Made by a program: the position numbers and the translations under genes
Notes under the pieces: model-generated
Databases searched by the model: none
What the model was told of the DNA's origin: nothing
The model's input: the letters and a program-made list of their open reading frames with translations, nothing else
Source: a virus
Direction: 5' to 3' (one strand)
Length of the DNA: 64,000 nt
Virus record (IMG/VR): IMGVR_UViG_3300032224_001305
Location: 37,376 to 101,375 of that record
Part shown: positions 17,595-27,522 of the stretch, piece after piece
How the letters are laid out: each line of letters starts with the position of its first letter
How positions within the stretch are numbered: position 1 is the first letter of the stretch

Positions 17595-20500
17595 ATGGCC
17601 ATAAACTCAAGCGATATATCACAGAGAATAGCCCAAGACGCCGCTGCCATGCAGGCGCAGCATATGGCTGCACTACAGGCACAATACCCAGCCACAGGAG
17701 TAGGTCCTGGACTACAGCAGCCAATGCCGTCTGACTTTCAGGCCGGTATACCAAATATGGCCGCATCTGCCGCTACGTATGCGGGTGGTGTACCAGGTGG
17801 TCTCACCACAGGTATCGGACTAGCTGCTGCCTTTGGTTACGCACCAAGAATCCTAGATCCTTTCACTCAAGCCATACACGCAGGTAAGACTGCTTCCGCT
17901 ATGCGCGGCGGTTTCATGGCTAGCGGTGCTGGCGCCGCAGCAGGTATTGGTGCAGCCGCTGTAACATTAGGTGGATACTATGCCGCAGGCGCAGCAGCTG
18001 ATTACTTAGCCTTCGATCCATTTAAGACCGGCGCACAAATGCGCGGCCAAACATTAGGCGCAATCCACTCATTTATGCCGCAAGCACCGATGTCATCTAT
18101 GGCATCCACCGCGGCCATGATGGAAAACATACAACGCCAATCTGGTGGTATGTATGGCATAGGTGACTTATCTAACTTAATGGGAATGGGCGTGTCCGGC
18201 GGTGATATCCGCACCATGGACATGAATTCATTTCAATCCGACTTTAAGACATTAATAAGCAAGACTAAGGAAGTCGCGCAGGCACTATCGTCGTCTCTAA
18301 CAGAAGCCTACGGGGCTATGAAAGAGATAAAGTCGTTAGGCGTGTCTGACGTAGCCGGCACTGCATATGGTATGCGCGGATTAGGCGTAGCCGCAGGTAT
18401 ATCTCCCGCAGAGATGATGGGTATAGCTCGCGGCGGATCTATGCTCGCAAAGCAATCAGGTATTAGCCGTGATATTGGTGTATCTGGTGCAATGTCTTCC
18501 GCAGCCACATTTGGCTACATAGGCCAACGCAAATTATTAGGAGAAGACTTTGGTTTAGAGGACTTAGGCACTTTCCAAAACGCGGGCTATCGATTCTTCG
18601 GTTCTATGCAAGGACAAAAAGTCCTAGCGGCCATGATGAATCAGCGCGGCGAGATAGATGAATCCATCGCCCAGCAGATAGCACAAGGAACGATCTCTAA
18701 GTCAGAGATCAACCGCCTGTCAAATATCACGCTAAATAAAAGACAAGATTTATTCGGCGCGCACAGTTCCGAATTAGTCGCCACCTACCTGAGCCAATAC
18801 GGGCCGCAAGGTATTGTTAACCCGCTGTCCACCATGACGCAGGGTATGGCTAATCCATTATCAGCTAGACAAGGACTCACTGGACTCAACCAAGAGCAGA
18901 TGCACGAGCTGAGTCTACTAAACTCAAGTAGCGCGTCTCTAAAGCAGCAAATAGCAAACGCCGCCGTAGAAGGGTTCGCTCAAGGAACACAGAAGCTAGG
19001 TCTACAAGATCAGCTAACTCTAGCCGTAAGCAAAATGACGGCACCGGTGAGAGAGAAGTTCCAGCAAATGGGCGCATCAGTAGCTCAGTCAATTGCTGAG
19101 TCCATAGAGGATGTAACCAAAGACTTCGTAACAAGACCTACTACCGTCACGGCTGACTACAGTGGCGTGCGTGCCATGAGATCGGCCTTATCTACAGGCA
19201 ACTTCTCACGAGCCTCAAATATCGAATCCATGTTGTCTGGTGGCGGTGGGCTAGGTATGCGCCAGTATCAACTGGGACCTAGATCCGGTGGATTCCTGCA
19301 GAGAAATCTACCGCGAGCTCTGTCTGCAGAAGCATATGGAGAAGAGATAGATCTTCTGCCTACTACCCTAGGTATACACGGACTAGATAGCTACCAGTCT
19401 ACTGGTGACCTATTAGAGGGTGCGGCATTGGGCGTTGGCCTAGGTGGAAGACTAGCCGGAGCTTCTTACAGAAACGCGGGAATGCTTGCCAACGCAACTC
19501 TAGGTAGGGCGGGCAGATACTTAACAGGCCTGGGAGCAGAAGCCGCTGCTGAAGGCGGACTTGCCGGCGTAGGTCTTGCCGCTGGTTCCGTAAGAATGGC
19601 AGGCGGCGCATTAAGACTAGCCTCACTAGGTGCACGTGTCCTAGGTCCAGTAGGTGCCGCACTAGCAGTTAAAGACTCCTGGGAGTTAGGTGCAAAAGCA
19701 GGCCACTACATAAACGCTCTAACAGGTATGGAGAGCTTTGCCGACGCCGACTACACAAAGCGCGGACAAATGATGCGCATGGCACAGGAAGCAGGATTAG
19801 CTGATCCGAACGAAGTTATGCGCATGTCCGACGCTGTGCACGCATCCTCCGGAGGGAAAGACCTCATAGAGATCGCGGGTACGGCGCAAGTTAGATATGT
19901 AGAAAATCCTAGCTACGATCCAAACTACATCCCCCCAGTCGACGCCACTACAGGGTACGTTACACACGAAAACCCTGTCATAAACGACCCAATGCGTATG
20001 TACTTCAAAAGAGATGCGTCTAGGACACTAGCCAACATAAATAAATTCGACACTAATAAAACAATTTCTGCCCTTACTCAGGCCACCGACGGCGCGTTTG
20101 TATCACAGCTCAGAGGTATCGCCGGAGACCAGACAAAGAGCACTACGCAAAAAGAACAGGAACTGCGTGGTCTGATGCTCCAGCGTGGTGCAGATCTACA
20201 GAGACAAGGAAAGGGTACGTCTGCTAGCGACCTTATTAATAGTAATAAAGGCGCAATTTTCGCTCTCATGAAGGAAGGCGGTCACTACGACGAAACCAAT
20301 GAAACATACGTTCAGCAAGTATCTAGTAAGCTAGACGAAGCTAGAAATGGAAATAGACTACAGAATGTAGCCGCAGACTTTATGTCTGGGCAGATGAACA
20401 CATACCAGGGACTAGTAGCCGAAGTACTGACTGAAGGTAAGTATGGGATAGGTAATAAAGACGCGTTCGCTCAAGAAGTAAATAGACGCTTTACGGAGAG

Positions 20501-21365
20501 ATTTACTGGTGCTGAAGCAGTACAGGCACAAAATGCGCTGGCCATATTTAAAGACGCCCAACCAATACTAATAGGTGCTGGTCTAGAACCCTTGCAGAAG
20601 GCCGCACACGAAATAAACCTAGCCTACCGCAATCAATACAGAAAAGAAGGCGGAGAAGTAAAAGAGTTTATGTCAATGGCCGCTGGTTCTGCAGGTATGA
20701 CTGGTGTCGTATCCGAAGCGTCTAAGTCTTTGTTCGCTGCTCTTGGTAACGATAACGTTGGACCAGTGCAGCGCACTCAAGCCATGACTGAGTTCTACGA
20801 GAAGATGATTGACAGCAAGGCGACCGCCGAACAGCTAGGCGCCTTCACGTCACGTATGGGTATGTCTAGAACTGAGCTAGGTATAGACATAGCCGCCGCT
20901 GGTGCTGGCTATACCCGTATGTTAGGTCTCGAAGAGCAATTCTTTGGTAAGGGTAGAAAGGGCAAAGGCAAGCAGTGGGCCGAAGCGTTCTTGGGTACGT
21001 CTCTATCTGGCGTAGGACTTGAGGACTGGGTAAGTGGTAAATCTAAGACAGCCACTGCTGACGCACGCCAGAGAATAGAAAAGGGCATCATAGATATGAT
21101 GGTCACTACTTCAGGTGGTGCCCTATCACCAGACCAAATACGCACTGCGGAGTCCAACGTACAAAAAGTGCTCGACCACATGAAGGGCGGCGGCACTGGA
21201 GATGTAAAAGAGTTGGCCAAACTCTTCCAAGCTCCGTCGGGTAATGCAACGCCTCCGCCTAATGCCGCACAGCAAGCCAAGTTAATGGCCGACTTCAACA
21301 CGACGATAGACAGCGTCACTAAGAAGATGCAAAAGCTTGCAGACGTAATACCCGCAGGTAGCTAA
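17595..21365 (+). CDS. Tape-measure-like virion protein (1256 aa)
   Basis: Long Ala/Gly/Met-rich helical protein with hydrophobic Gly-rich segments, downstream of the chaperone pair. Confidence 0.6.
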   Translation: MAINSSDISQRIAQDAAAMQAQHMAALQAQYPATGVGPGLQQPMPSDFQAGIPNMAASAATYAGGVPGGLTTGIGLAAAFGYAPRILDPFTQAIHAGKTASAMRGGFMASGAGAAAGIGAAAVTLGGYYAAGAAADYLAFDPFKTGAQMRGQTLGAIHSFMPQAPMSSMASTAAMMENIQRQSGGMYGIGDLSNLMGMGVSGGDIRTMDMNSFQSDFKTLISKTKEVAQALSSSLTEAYGAMKEIKSLGVSDVAGTAYGMRGLGVAAGISPAEMMGIARGGSMLAKQSGISRDIGVSGAMSSAATFGYIGQRKLLGEDFGLEDLGTFQNAGYRFFGSMQGQKVLAAMMNQRGEIDESIAQQIAQGTISKSEINRLSNITLNKRQDLFGAHSSELVATYLSQYGPQGIVNPLSTMTQGMANPLSARQGLTGLNQEQMHELSLLNSSSASLKQQIANAAVEGFAQGTQKLGLQDQLTLAVSKMTAPVREKFQQMGASVAQSIAESIEDVTKDFVTRPTTVTADYSGVRAMRSALSTGNFSRASNIESMLSGGGGLGMRQYQLGPRSGGFLQRNLPRALSAEAYGEEIDLLPTTLGIHGLDSYQSTGDLLEGAALGVGLGGRLAGASYRNAGMLANATLGRAGRYLTGLGAEAAAEGGLAGVGLAAGSVRMAGGALRLASLGARVLGPVGAALAVKDSWELGAKAGHYINALTGMESFADADYTKRGQMMRMAQEAGLADPNEVMRMSDAVHASSGGKDLIEIAGTAQVRYVENPSYDPNYIPPVDATTGYVTHENPVINDPMRMYFKRDASRTLANINKFDTNKTISALTQATDGAFVSQLRGIAGDQTKSTTQKEQELRGLMLQRGADLQRQGKGTSASDLINSNKGAIFALMKEGGHYDETNETYVQQVSSKLDEARNGNRLQNVAADFMSGQMNTYQGLVAEVLTEGKYGIGNKDAFAQEVNRRFTERFTGAEAVQAQNALAIFKDAQPILIGAGLEPLQKAAHEINLAYRNQYRKEGGEVKEFMSMAAGSAGMTGVVSEASKSLFAALGNDNVGPVQRTQAMTEFYEKMIDSKATAEQLGAFTSRMGMSRTELGIDIAAAGAGYTRMLGLEEQFFGKGRKGKGKQWAEAFLGTSLSGVGLEDWVSGKSKTATADARQRIEKGIIDMMVTTSGGALSPDQIRTAESNVQKVLDHMKGGGTGDVKELAKLFQAPSGNATPPPNAAQQAKLMADFNTTIDSVTKKMQKLADVIPAGS

Positions 21366-21665
21366 GGCAATGGCTCTCCGCCGCCAGCTACAGCGTCGGG
21401 CGGCGCTGGATACTCTGACGCACGTCTGAAAGATAACGTGACGGCCTTGCTTGTATCTGTATATGCGAAAATAGGTCTGACCGGAGTTTCTTGGATATGG
21501 AATGGTGTGGCCAACGCTATAGGACTATATGGCTACGCAGAAGGTGTTCTAGCGCAAGAGGTATTAGAGAAGTATCCAGACACTGTTGGTGTTGACGAGA
21601 GTGGTTGGTTATTCGTTCGATACGATTTACTTAACGACATGATAGGAAGAGTATCTAATATCTGA
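21366..21665 (+). CDS. Peptidase S74-type intramolecular chaperone domain, in frame with the preceding gene across one TAA stop
   Basis: YSDARLKDNV...GVLAQEV...YP..V...G..V.Y motifs; no in-frame start upstream of SDARLK. Confidence 0.7.
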   Translation, partial: GNGSPPPATASGGAGYSDARLKDNVTALLVSVYAKIGLTGVSWIWNGVANAIGLYGYAEGVLAQEVLEKYPDTVGVDESGWLFVRYDLLNDMIGRVSNI

Positions 21666-21675
21666 GGTAATAAAA

Positions 21676-21978
21676 ATGAACAAACTGCGCCGACAATTGC
21701 TGAAGATAGCTGGAGCCTATGGCCAGATAACAGACCCGCAGTCTTCTGCTGGTATACGTCCTGATTCTGAATATCCAGGACCGGGCGAATATGAGCCCTT
21801 AGTACGTACAGACACTTCTCGCAAAGGCGCGTACCCAACGTCTAAGTACAGCGTAAGAGACGAAGAGACGCCGCAGAGATTTGCTCCAAAAAATAATCTA
21901 ACGGCGGGTTTGTTCTCAGACCCAAAGAAGGTTACTGACGAGCAGTTGATGCGCTATAAAGATTTAGCCCGTAAGTAA
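21676..21978 (+). CDS. Putative virion protein with RxxLxKxA leader
   Basis: MNKLRRQLLKIAG. Confidence 0.6.
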   Translation: MNKLRRQLLKIAGAYGQITDPQSSAGIRPDSEYPGPGEYEPLVRTDTSRKGAYPTSKYSVRDEETPQRFAPKNNLTAGLFSDPKKVTDEQLMRYKDLARK

Positions 21979-21993
21979 TTACTCGTAATAAAG

Positions 21994-22467
21994 GTGGCGG
22001 ACATGGCAAACGTACGTGAGCAGCTGATAAAGATAGCAACTGAACTAAACAAGGAAGCAGCGCGCCCTTTGACCTCATCCGAGTGGTCTGGTCGTGCAGC
22101 TGGCGAACACCTCTTCAACGCTAGATTGTGGGACGCCGAAAGAAAGCGTGCCGAAGGTGCTGCCAGTAGACTACGTACGCAATTTACGGGAGACAGTCCT
22201 GCAGCTTTATATGGCCAAGGCTTAGCTAAGAAGATGGATACAGCCGCTTCTGACTATGCCTTTGGTGCAGCTAACAACTTAGAGCACGCTAAGTACATGG
22301 CTGACGTGGGTGCTTCTCACAAGGCTAGACAGATAGCCGAAGCAGGCATACCCGCAGAACAAGCGGCTAATAACCTCAGTAAGTTCTTAGCCGCATCAAG
22401 AGCACCAGAGAAAGCAACTGCCGCTCCTTCGTTGATGAAGCGCCTACTCGCCAAGATTGCTCGTTAG
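21994..22467 (+). CDS. Putative virion protein with RxxLxKxA leader
   Basis: REQLIKIA...KEAA. Confidence 0.6.
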   Translation: MADMANVREQLIKIATELNKEAARPLTSSEWSGRAAGEHLFNARLWDAERKRAEGAASRLRTQFTGDSPAALYGQGLAKKMDTAASDYAFGAANNLEHAKYMADVGASHKARQIAEAGIPAEQAANNLSKFLAASRAPEKATAAPSLMKRLLAKIAR

Positions 22468-22491
22468 TATTTTCTATTAATAAGGTGCGTC

Positions 22492-22800
22492 ATGAATACG
22501 AGACTCAGACTGGTAAAGATGGCGGCTAGGTTACAGCTTGGTATACCAAAGCCACCACCTCCGGTGTCACAACCGCCCGCACCAGAGAATGTGCCTCCGC
22601 CTCCTCCACCCCCTGAGCCAACTGAGATGCCGGGTATGGACTACTCGCGCAACATGCAGCAGCTCCTAAAGACGTACGGGTTAAAGTCTGCCATCAACCC
22701 AAATAAGATACTGAAGGGGTTGTCTGATGTGCAGGACATTAGCCAGTACGTAGACCAGCCCGCACCACCCCCCGCAACACAAGCACCAGCACCTCAGTAA
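22492..22800 (+). CDS. Pro-rich putative virion protein with RxxLxKxA leader
   Basis: RLRLVKMAA. Confidence 0.6.
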   Translation: MNTRLRLVKMAARLQLGIPKPPPPVSQPPAPENVPPPPPPPEPTEMPGMDYSRNMQQLLKTYGLKSAINPNKILKGLSDVQDISQYVDQPAPPPATQAPAPQ

Positions 22801-22809
22801 GGAGCCTGT

Positions 22810-23235
22810 ATGACACGCGTTCTCAGTTTAATATCTATCGTAATATTCTTCTTACTTCCATCCACGGCGTACTCATACGACTGGAAGGTAGTGAAGGTGC
22901 TTGACGGAGACACCGTGAAGTTTGAGGTCAAGTTCCTACCTAAGGAGCTAGGCACCAATCTAAGCGTGCGCGTGCTGGGCATAGACACACCAGAGAAAGC
23001 TCCGCGTGCTAAATGTGACAAAGAGGCGCAGCTAGGTCTGAAAGCTACTGAGTTCACCAAGCAGGCGGTAGGGCAAGCTAAGAAGATCGAAGTAGACATC
23101 ACCGAGTGGGACAAATACGGCGGTCGTGTACTAGGGCACATCAAGCTAGACGGTAAGCGGTTGTCAGACCTTCTGATAGATGCGGGTCTTGCTAGACCGT
23201 ACCACGGTGAGAAGAAGTCTGACTGGTGTAAGTAG
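22810..23235 (+). CDS. Thermonuclease (SNase family) with signal peptide
   Basis: VLDGDT, VRVLGIDTPE, DKYGGRVLG, GLA motifs. Confidence 0.92.
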   Translation: MTRVLSLISIVIFFLLPSTAYSYDWKVVKVLDGDTVKFEVKFLPKELGTNLSVRVLGIDTPEKAPRAKCDKEAQLGLKATEFTKQAVGQAKKIEVDITEWDKYGGRVLGHIKLDGKRLSDLLIDAGLARPYHGEKKSDWCK

Positions 23236-23238
23236 TAG

Positions 23239-24027
23239 TTAATCTCTACTTAGCAATTTAGACAGCACCAGGGCATTATCGCCTATTTTGCCGTGATACC
23301 ACGGACTTCTAAACGGCCTAACCGTTACCATCTCAAAGTGGCCGTCACTCTCTAGTGCTCGCACTGAGTTCTGCGTTTCTGTTCTGGCCATGTATAGGAT
23401 CTCTACTCTGTCTGGGATATTGCGCAGGCAAGCTTTCCAAGCCCGATTCAACCAATCGCCATACGTAGAGTCTGACCATAGGACTAGGTATGGGTCCATG
23501 TCACATAGCCCGCCACTGGTTGCCGCGTATGCAATAGACTTACCTCCCCTAGAGTGACCGACCACTACCAGTCTCTGCGGTAGACTCCTCTTCATGGCAG
23601 GCACTTTATTCATAGCAGCTTCTACCATGCGCTTGAAAGAACCTGGTGTCGTCCATGCTCTACGGGCCTCTATTGATCTCTCATAGGTGCTCCACGGCAG
23701 CTCAGGCTCTATCAGCGTGAAACTAAAGCCACGTTTAACTAATGTGCGGAGCTGTGGGTACATGTTGTGCTTAAAATCATGGAAGCCGTGCATACCATGG
23801 CCCCACACTATCACGTAGTGGTATTTGGCATCCGGGTTCTCATGATGAACCACTAACGTCACCCTCTTTTTATTACGGTGCAGGATATCCAGCTCATCAT
23901 TACCTTCCATATAGCCGACCCATGACCACAGGTCTTCTGCCGCAGCAGATTTAACGTCGTTTGCTATTTCCGGTAATACTCCGTGCTGTATTGACAACCA
24001 CCCTGCTAGAAGCCACCACATGAACAT
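23239..24027 (-). CDS. Alpha/beta hydrolase fold protein
   Basis: GHSRGG nucleophile elbow; C-terminal His. Confidence 0.7.
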   Translation of the reverse strand: MFMWWLLAGWLSIQHGVLPEIANDVKSAAAEDLWSWVGYMEGNDELDILHRNKKRVTLVVHHENPDAKYHYVIVWGHGMHGFHDFKHNMYPQLRTLVKRGFSFTLIEPELPWSTYERSIEARRAWTTPGSFKRMVEAAMNKVPAMKRSLPQRLVVVGHSRGGKSIAYAATSGGLCDMDPYLVLWSDSTYGDWLNRAWKACLRNIPDRVEILYMARTETQNSVRALESDGHFEMVTVRPFRSPWYHGKIGDNALVLSKLLSRD

Positions 24028-24162
24028 CTCCTTGCTAATTCTTACAACGACAATATCATCTCTAATATTTGGTGTTAAGAGCTTTCAAAGCGTAGCGTAT
24101 TGGCATTACACCCTTTACTTAGTATCCTAGTGAACGTGTTACCTACTCTTCGTGAGGAAATT

Positions 24163-25077
24163 ATGCTACGTCACGACAAAAAAGCGCGTCTTCTAGCCAA
24201 GGTAGCCGGTAAGGGCGGCAAAGGTGACGCTAGCGTTTTCACCAGTACTGGCGTAGACGCCGCCATATCACACCATAAGCACAACAAGGGAACATGGGCG
24301 TCGGGCACAGACCTACAGCCCGTAGTTCCAGTTCCCTTAGAGACAAAGCGCCCCATATTGGCGGACGACTTTCCTAAGAACCTTGCTGAGATAGTCAACG
24401 CTAAGTACCAGGCCTTGCGTGAAGAAGCACACCACACTGAGGAGATGCACAAGACTCCTAGCGGTGAGAAGGCTCCCTCAGCAGAGACACTGGTTGACGT
24501 AGTTCCCACGGGAGCCGGTAGATTGCGTCTACAGGCTATTGCCGATGGGCTGACCTCATCAAAGAATACGACTGGCGGTGACTACGATCCGCTCTACCCA
24601 CGCAAGGTCACCTTTGGCAATGCCAAGGCCGACAAGCCCATAGCGGTAGGACAGGACAAGGTCGCTAGCCACGAGGGTTGCTGCAACAAGTGTGGTGCCA
24701 AGTGCGCTAAGTGCTCTGCCGAAGAAGAGAAGAAAGAGCATTCAAAGAAGGCCAGCGCAGTTATGGGTAGCCAACTTGGTCAGTTCATCGCTGGCGCTCC
24801 TGGTGCAGCCCTAGGCGCAGCGGCTCTGACCGATAAGAAGAAGAATCGTGGTAAGGCCGCGCTATATTCTGGCCTTGGTTCAGTGGGCGGTACACTGGCC
24901 GGTGCTCTTGGCGGAGCAGGCGCAGGAGCCATAGCTGGACCACACGTTGCCGTACCGTTGGCACTATTAGGTGCCGTAGCTGGTGGTCATGTAGGCGCAG
25001 GCTACGGAGCTCATAAAGCAGAGCACGGTTCTAAGGTTAGAGCCAAGCTAAAGAAGAACAACAAGAAGAGCAAGTGA
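24163..25077 (+). CDS. Putative virion protein with Gly-zipper C-terminus
   Basis: GAGG RBS before MLRH; RLLAKVAG, KVAS, KKAS motifs; GxxxG repeats. Confidence 0.6.
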   Translation: MLRHDKKARLLAKVAGKGGKGDASVFTSTGVDAAISHHKHNKGTWASGTDLQPVVPVPLETKRPILADDFPKNLAEIVNAKYQALREEAHHTEEMHKTPSGEKAPSAETLVDVVPTGAGRLRLQAIADGLTSSKNTTGGDYDPLYPRKVTFGNAKADKPIAVGQDKVASHEGCCNKCGAKCAKCSAEEEKKEHSKKASAVMGSQLGQFIAGAPGAALGAAALTDKKKNRGKAALYSGLGSVGGTLAGALGGAGAGAIAGPHVAVPLALLGAVAGGHVGAGYGAHKAEHGSKVRAKLKKNNKKSK

Positions 25078-25107
25078 TAACCGCACTTAGCTGTTAGGAG
25101 ACAGACA

Positions 25108-25620
25108 ATGAACAGAGAGCGTTTACTACGTATGGCCGCACTAGCAAACGGCGCGCCGGTTGAGAAGACTGCAGCTGATATTTCTTCATGCAAGGACACG
25201 CTGTGCCACGTACTAGGCGCTCTTCTGGCCCTGCGCCAGATGCACCAGTCGATACACTGGACGCTGTCAGGACCCAACTACTACGGTGACCACCAGCTAT
25301 TTGGTCGCCTATATGACGCGCAGGACGACGACATCGACACGATCGGTGAGAAGATCGTCGCTTTCTGCGGCCCTGACCCAGTAGAGGCGGGTTACCTGTC
25401 GAATCTACAGGCAGAATATATCAAGAAGTGGTCTTCGGGTGATGCGATCAAAGCAGCCCTAGCCGCTGAGCAGGACTTCCAGGCCATCATCAAGGACGTA
25501 TACGACAAGCTTGAGGAGAACGACGAGCTGACACTAGGCTTGGACGACTTCTTGATGACCGTGGCTGACAAGCACGAGACGCACATCTACCTGCTACAGC
25601 AGAGACTAGGTGGTAAGTAA
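25108..25620 (+). CDS. dps: Dps/ferritin-like protein with RxxLxRxA...KTAA leader
   Basis: HWTLSGPNYYGDHQLFGRLY...DTIGEK ferroxidase motifs. Confidence 0.85.
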   Translation: MNRERLLRMAALANGAPVEKTAADISSCKDTLCHVLGALLALRQMHQSIHWTLSGPNYYGDHQLFGRLYDAQDDDIDTIGEKIVAFCGPDPVEAGYLSNLQAEYIKKWSSGDAIKAALAAEQDFQAIIKDVYDKLEENDELTLGLDDFLMTVADKHETHIYLLQQRLGGK

Positions 25621-25643
25621 TTTTCTAACCAGTAGAGGGCTGC

Positions 25644-26171
25644 ATGTCTAACAGAGACCAGCTAGTAAAATTTGCTTTCGCTACTGGCCTTGTAAAAGAG
25701 GCCGTTAATCCTATGGCTGCTGTAGAAACTGTGGCTAAGGGATACGGCGCAGCAGCGAAAGGCCTAGGGGCAGACATAAAGTCTGGCGCGGGGCAGTTCT
25801 TTGAGAATGTGCTGGGCAAGAACGTTGCTGGTGCTAAAGCAGCGCGTACAGAGGCCAAAGCTGCCATAGGTAAGCTAGACACAGAGCTTACGGAAGCAGC
25901 CAAAGCTGGTAAGCCTGTTGAGGCACGTTTCGGTGAGTTTGCTCCTCTGAGAGACAACTTAGAAGCGGCAAAGACAGGAGTAGGCGAGGCAGAAATGGCC
26001 ACCAGAAAAGCTAGACTAGCTGCTGGTGCCGGTGCTGGCGCGATAGGTGCTGGCCTATTAGGCTTGAAGATGTACCGCAACGCTGCTGCCAAAGCTATGA
26101 ACCGCAAGCTGCTAATGGGTGCTGGTGCCGCAGGCTTGGGCGGTTTGGCTCTTGGTTCGGCACTGGACTAA
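25644..26171 (+). CDS. Ala/Gly-rich putative virion protein
   Basis: RDQLVKFA...KEA leader; C-terminal hydrophobic Gly-rich segments. Confidence 0.6.
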   Translation: MSNRDQLVKFAFATGLVKEAVNPMAAVETVAKGYGAAAKGLGADIKSGAGQFFENVLGKNVAGAKAARTEAKAAIGKLDTELTEAAKAGKPVEARFGEFAPLRDNLEAAKTGVGEAEMATRKARLAAGAGAGAIGAGLLGLKMYRNAAAKAMNRKLLMGAGAAGLGGLALGSALD

Positions 26172-26173
26172 TA

Positions 26174-26398
26174 ATGACGTCTCACTTACGTAGTAGATTA
26201 GTGAAGCTGGCGTCCTCTCTGTACAAGGGGGACGTCCGCTTTATTAATAGAACAAAAGTCACTACGGAAGTGGGTACGAATCAGGTAGTGACCTCTAAGT
26301 TATTGGGCCTGCCAGATCCTACGGATCTAAGCGTCGTCCCCGTGGGACCTAGCAACCCGCAGAGTGAGACGACACCATGGACCAAGACTCTTACCTAG
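26174..26398 (+). CDS. Small protein with RxxLxKxA leader
   Basis: RSRLVKLAS. Confidence 0.55.
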   Translation: MTSHLRSRLVKLASSLYKGDVRFINRTKVTTEVGTNQVVTSKLLGLPDPTDLSVVPVGPSNPQSETTPWTKTLT

Positions 26399-27219
26399 CA
26401 AAACAAGCCGCACATGCAGACGATAGGCTACGTGAGCGTACCAAGGCTCACCCTGCCGTCTTGCATGAGCTACGTAAGAAATTACGAAGAATAAAACTAG
26501 AGCGCGGAACCCACCATGCTAGGATACCTGGCGGTGGCTACGCTGTTCTAAAAGATATTGGCGACCGTCATGTAGTAGCTACAGTACTAGCTAGCAACAT
26601 GAATCCGCCTGGCAAAGACGTAAGTCAGCGCCTACGAGGTAAGCGTATGCTGTTTAAACGAGCGCAGCTCATCAAAATGGCCGACAGAATTGCTAGCCAG
26701 ATTGGCCCTGTAAAACCACCGGCGCAGACTGTTACAGTCAAGGGTATTGCTCCACCGCCACCAGCTTCGTCAATGGGAGGAGTGCCAAATGCTCCGCCTG
26801 TAAAGCCGATGTCAACTAGATCGGCCAGCCCTACTACAGAGCTGGGCGGTATGCCCAACGTGACGTCTAATCCAATCCCGTCACTACCGCCTATACAGTC
26901 ATCGGCATCACTAAAGCCGCAAGTGGGTTCTAATGTGGACGCTGTAATAAAGAAGGCGTCCAGACTGTCTAGATTCATGAAAGCTCCTAGAGACACTGAC
27001 AGCAAGCCAGACTGGTTTCCCAAAGCCATATTGGCCGGCGCAGTACTTGGTGGTTTACACGGAGTTATACGACCGCACTCAGCCTTCTCAGGTGGTATAG
27101 AGCAGGGGAAGATCACGCTGAAGAATAGATTAGCTGGTGGTTTAGTGGGCTCTACTGTTGGCGCAGGTCTTGGTTGGATGCCGCAGATTGTCTATGAAGG
27201 CCTCAACGGTAAAGACTGA
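26377..27219 (+). CDS. Multi-segment putative virion protein
   Basis: KQAA, RAQLIKMA, KKAS motifs separate a HAxxRxxER segment, a Pro-rich linker and a Gly-zipper. Confidence 0.55.
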   Translation: MDQDSYLAKQAAHADDRLRERTKAHPAVLHELRKKLRRIKLERGTHHARIPGGGYAVLKDIGDRHVVATVLASNMNPPGKDVSQRLRGKRMLFKRAQLIKMADRIASQIGPVKPPAQTVTVKGIAPPPPASSMGGVPNAPPVKPMSTRSASPTTELGGMPNVTSNPIPSLPPIQSSASLKPQVGSNVDAVIKKASRLSRFMKAPRDTDSKPDWFPKAILAGAVLGGLHGVIRPHSAFSGGIEQGKITLKNRLAGGLVGSTVGAGLGWMPQIVYEGLNGKD

Positions 27220-27261
27220 TAGCTAAACAAACAGAGGCCCCCTTGGGCTTGTTTGCGTGCG

Positions 27262-27522
27262 CTACCGCCAAGAAACCTCTCGGAAAGCCCGCGCTTTATG
27301 CGGGTCCATCCAAGTTAGTTTCATCGCAATGTCCGGACGTGTATTACGCATAATACGCGCCTCGCTTTTTGCCTTTTCGACGTCGTCCCACTGCTGTGCG
27401 TACATCCAGCAATTGTTGGTAGCGTCGTAGACACGAAGCACTACGACTCGATGTAGGCGCGCCAGTTCTTCTTCGTGTTCTTCTTTTTCCCTTTCCCACT
27501 TATCCAACCAGTGTTGCTTCAT
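27262..27522 (-). CDS. Hypothetical protein
   Basis: Overlaps kinase gene end. Confidence 0.55.
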   Translation of the reverse strand: MKQHWLDKWEREKEEHEEELARLHRVVVLRVYDATNNCWMYAQQWDDVEKAKSEARIMRNTRPDIAMKLTWMDPHKARAFREVSWR

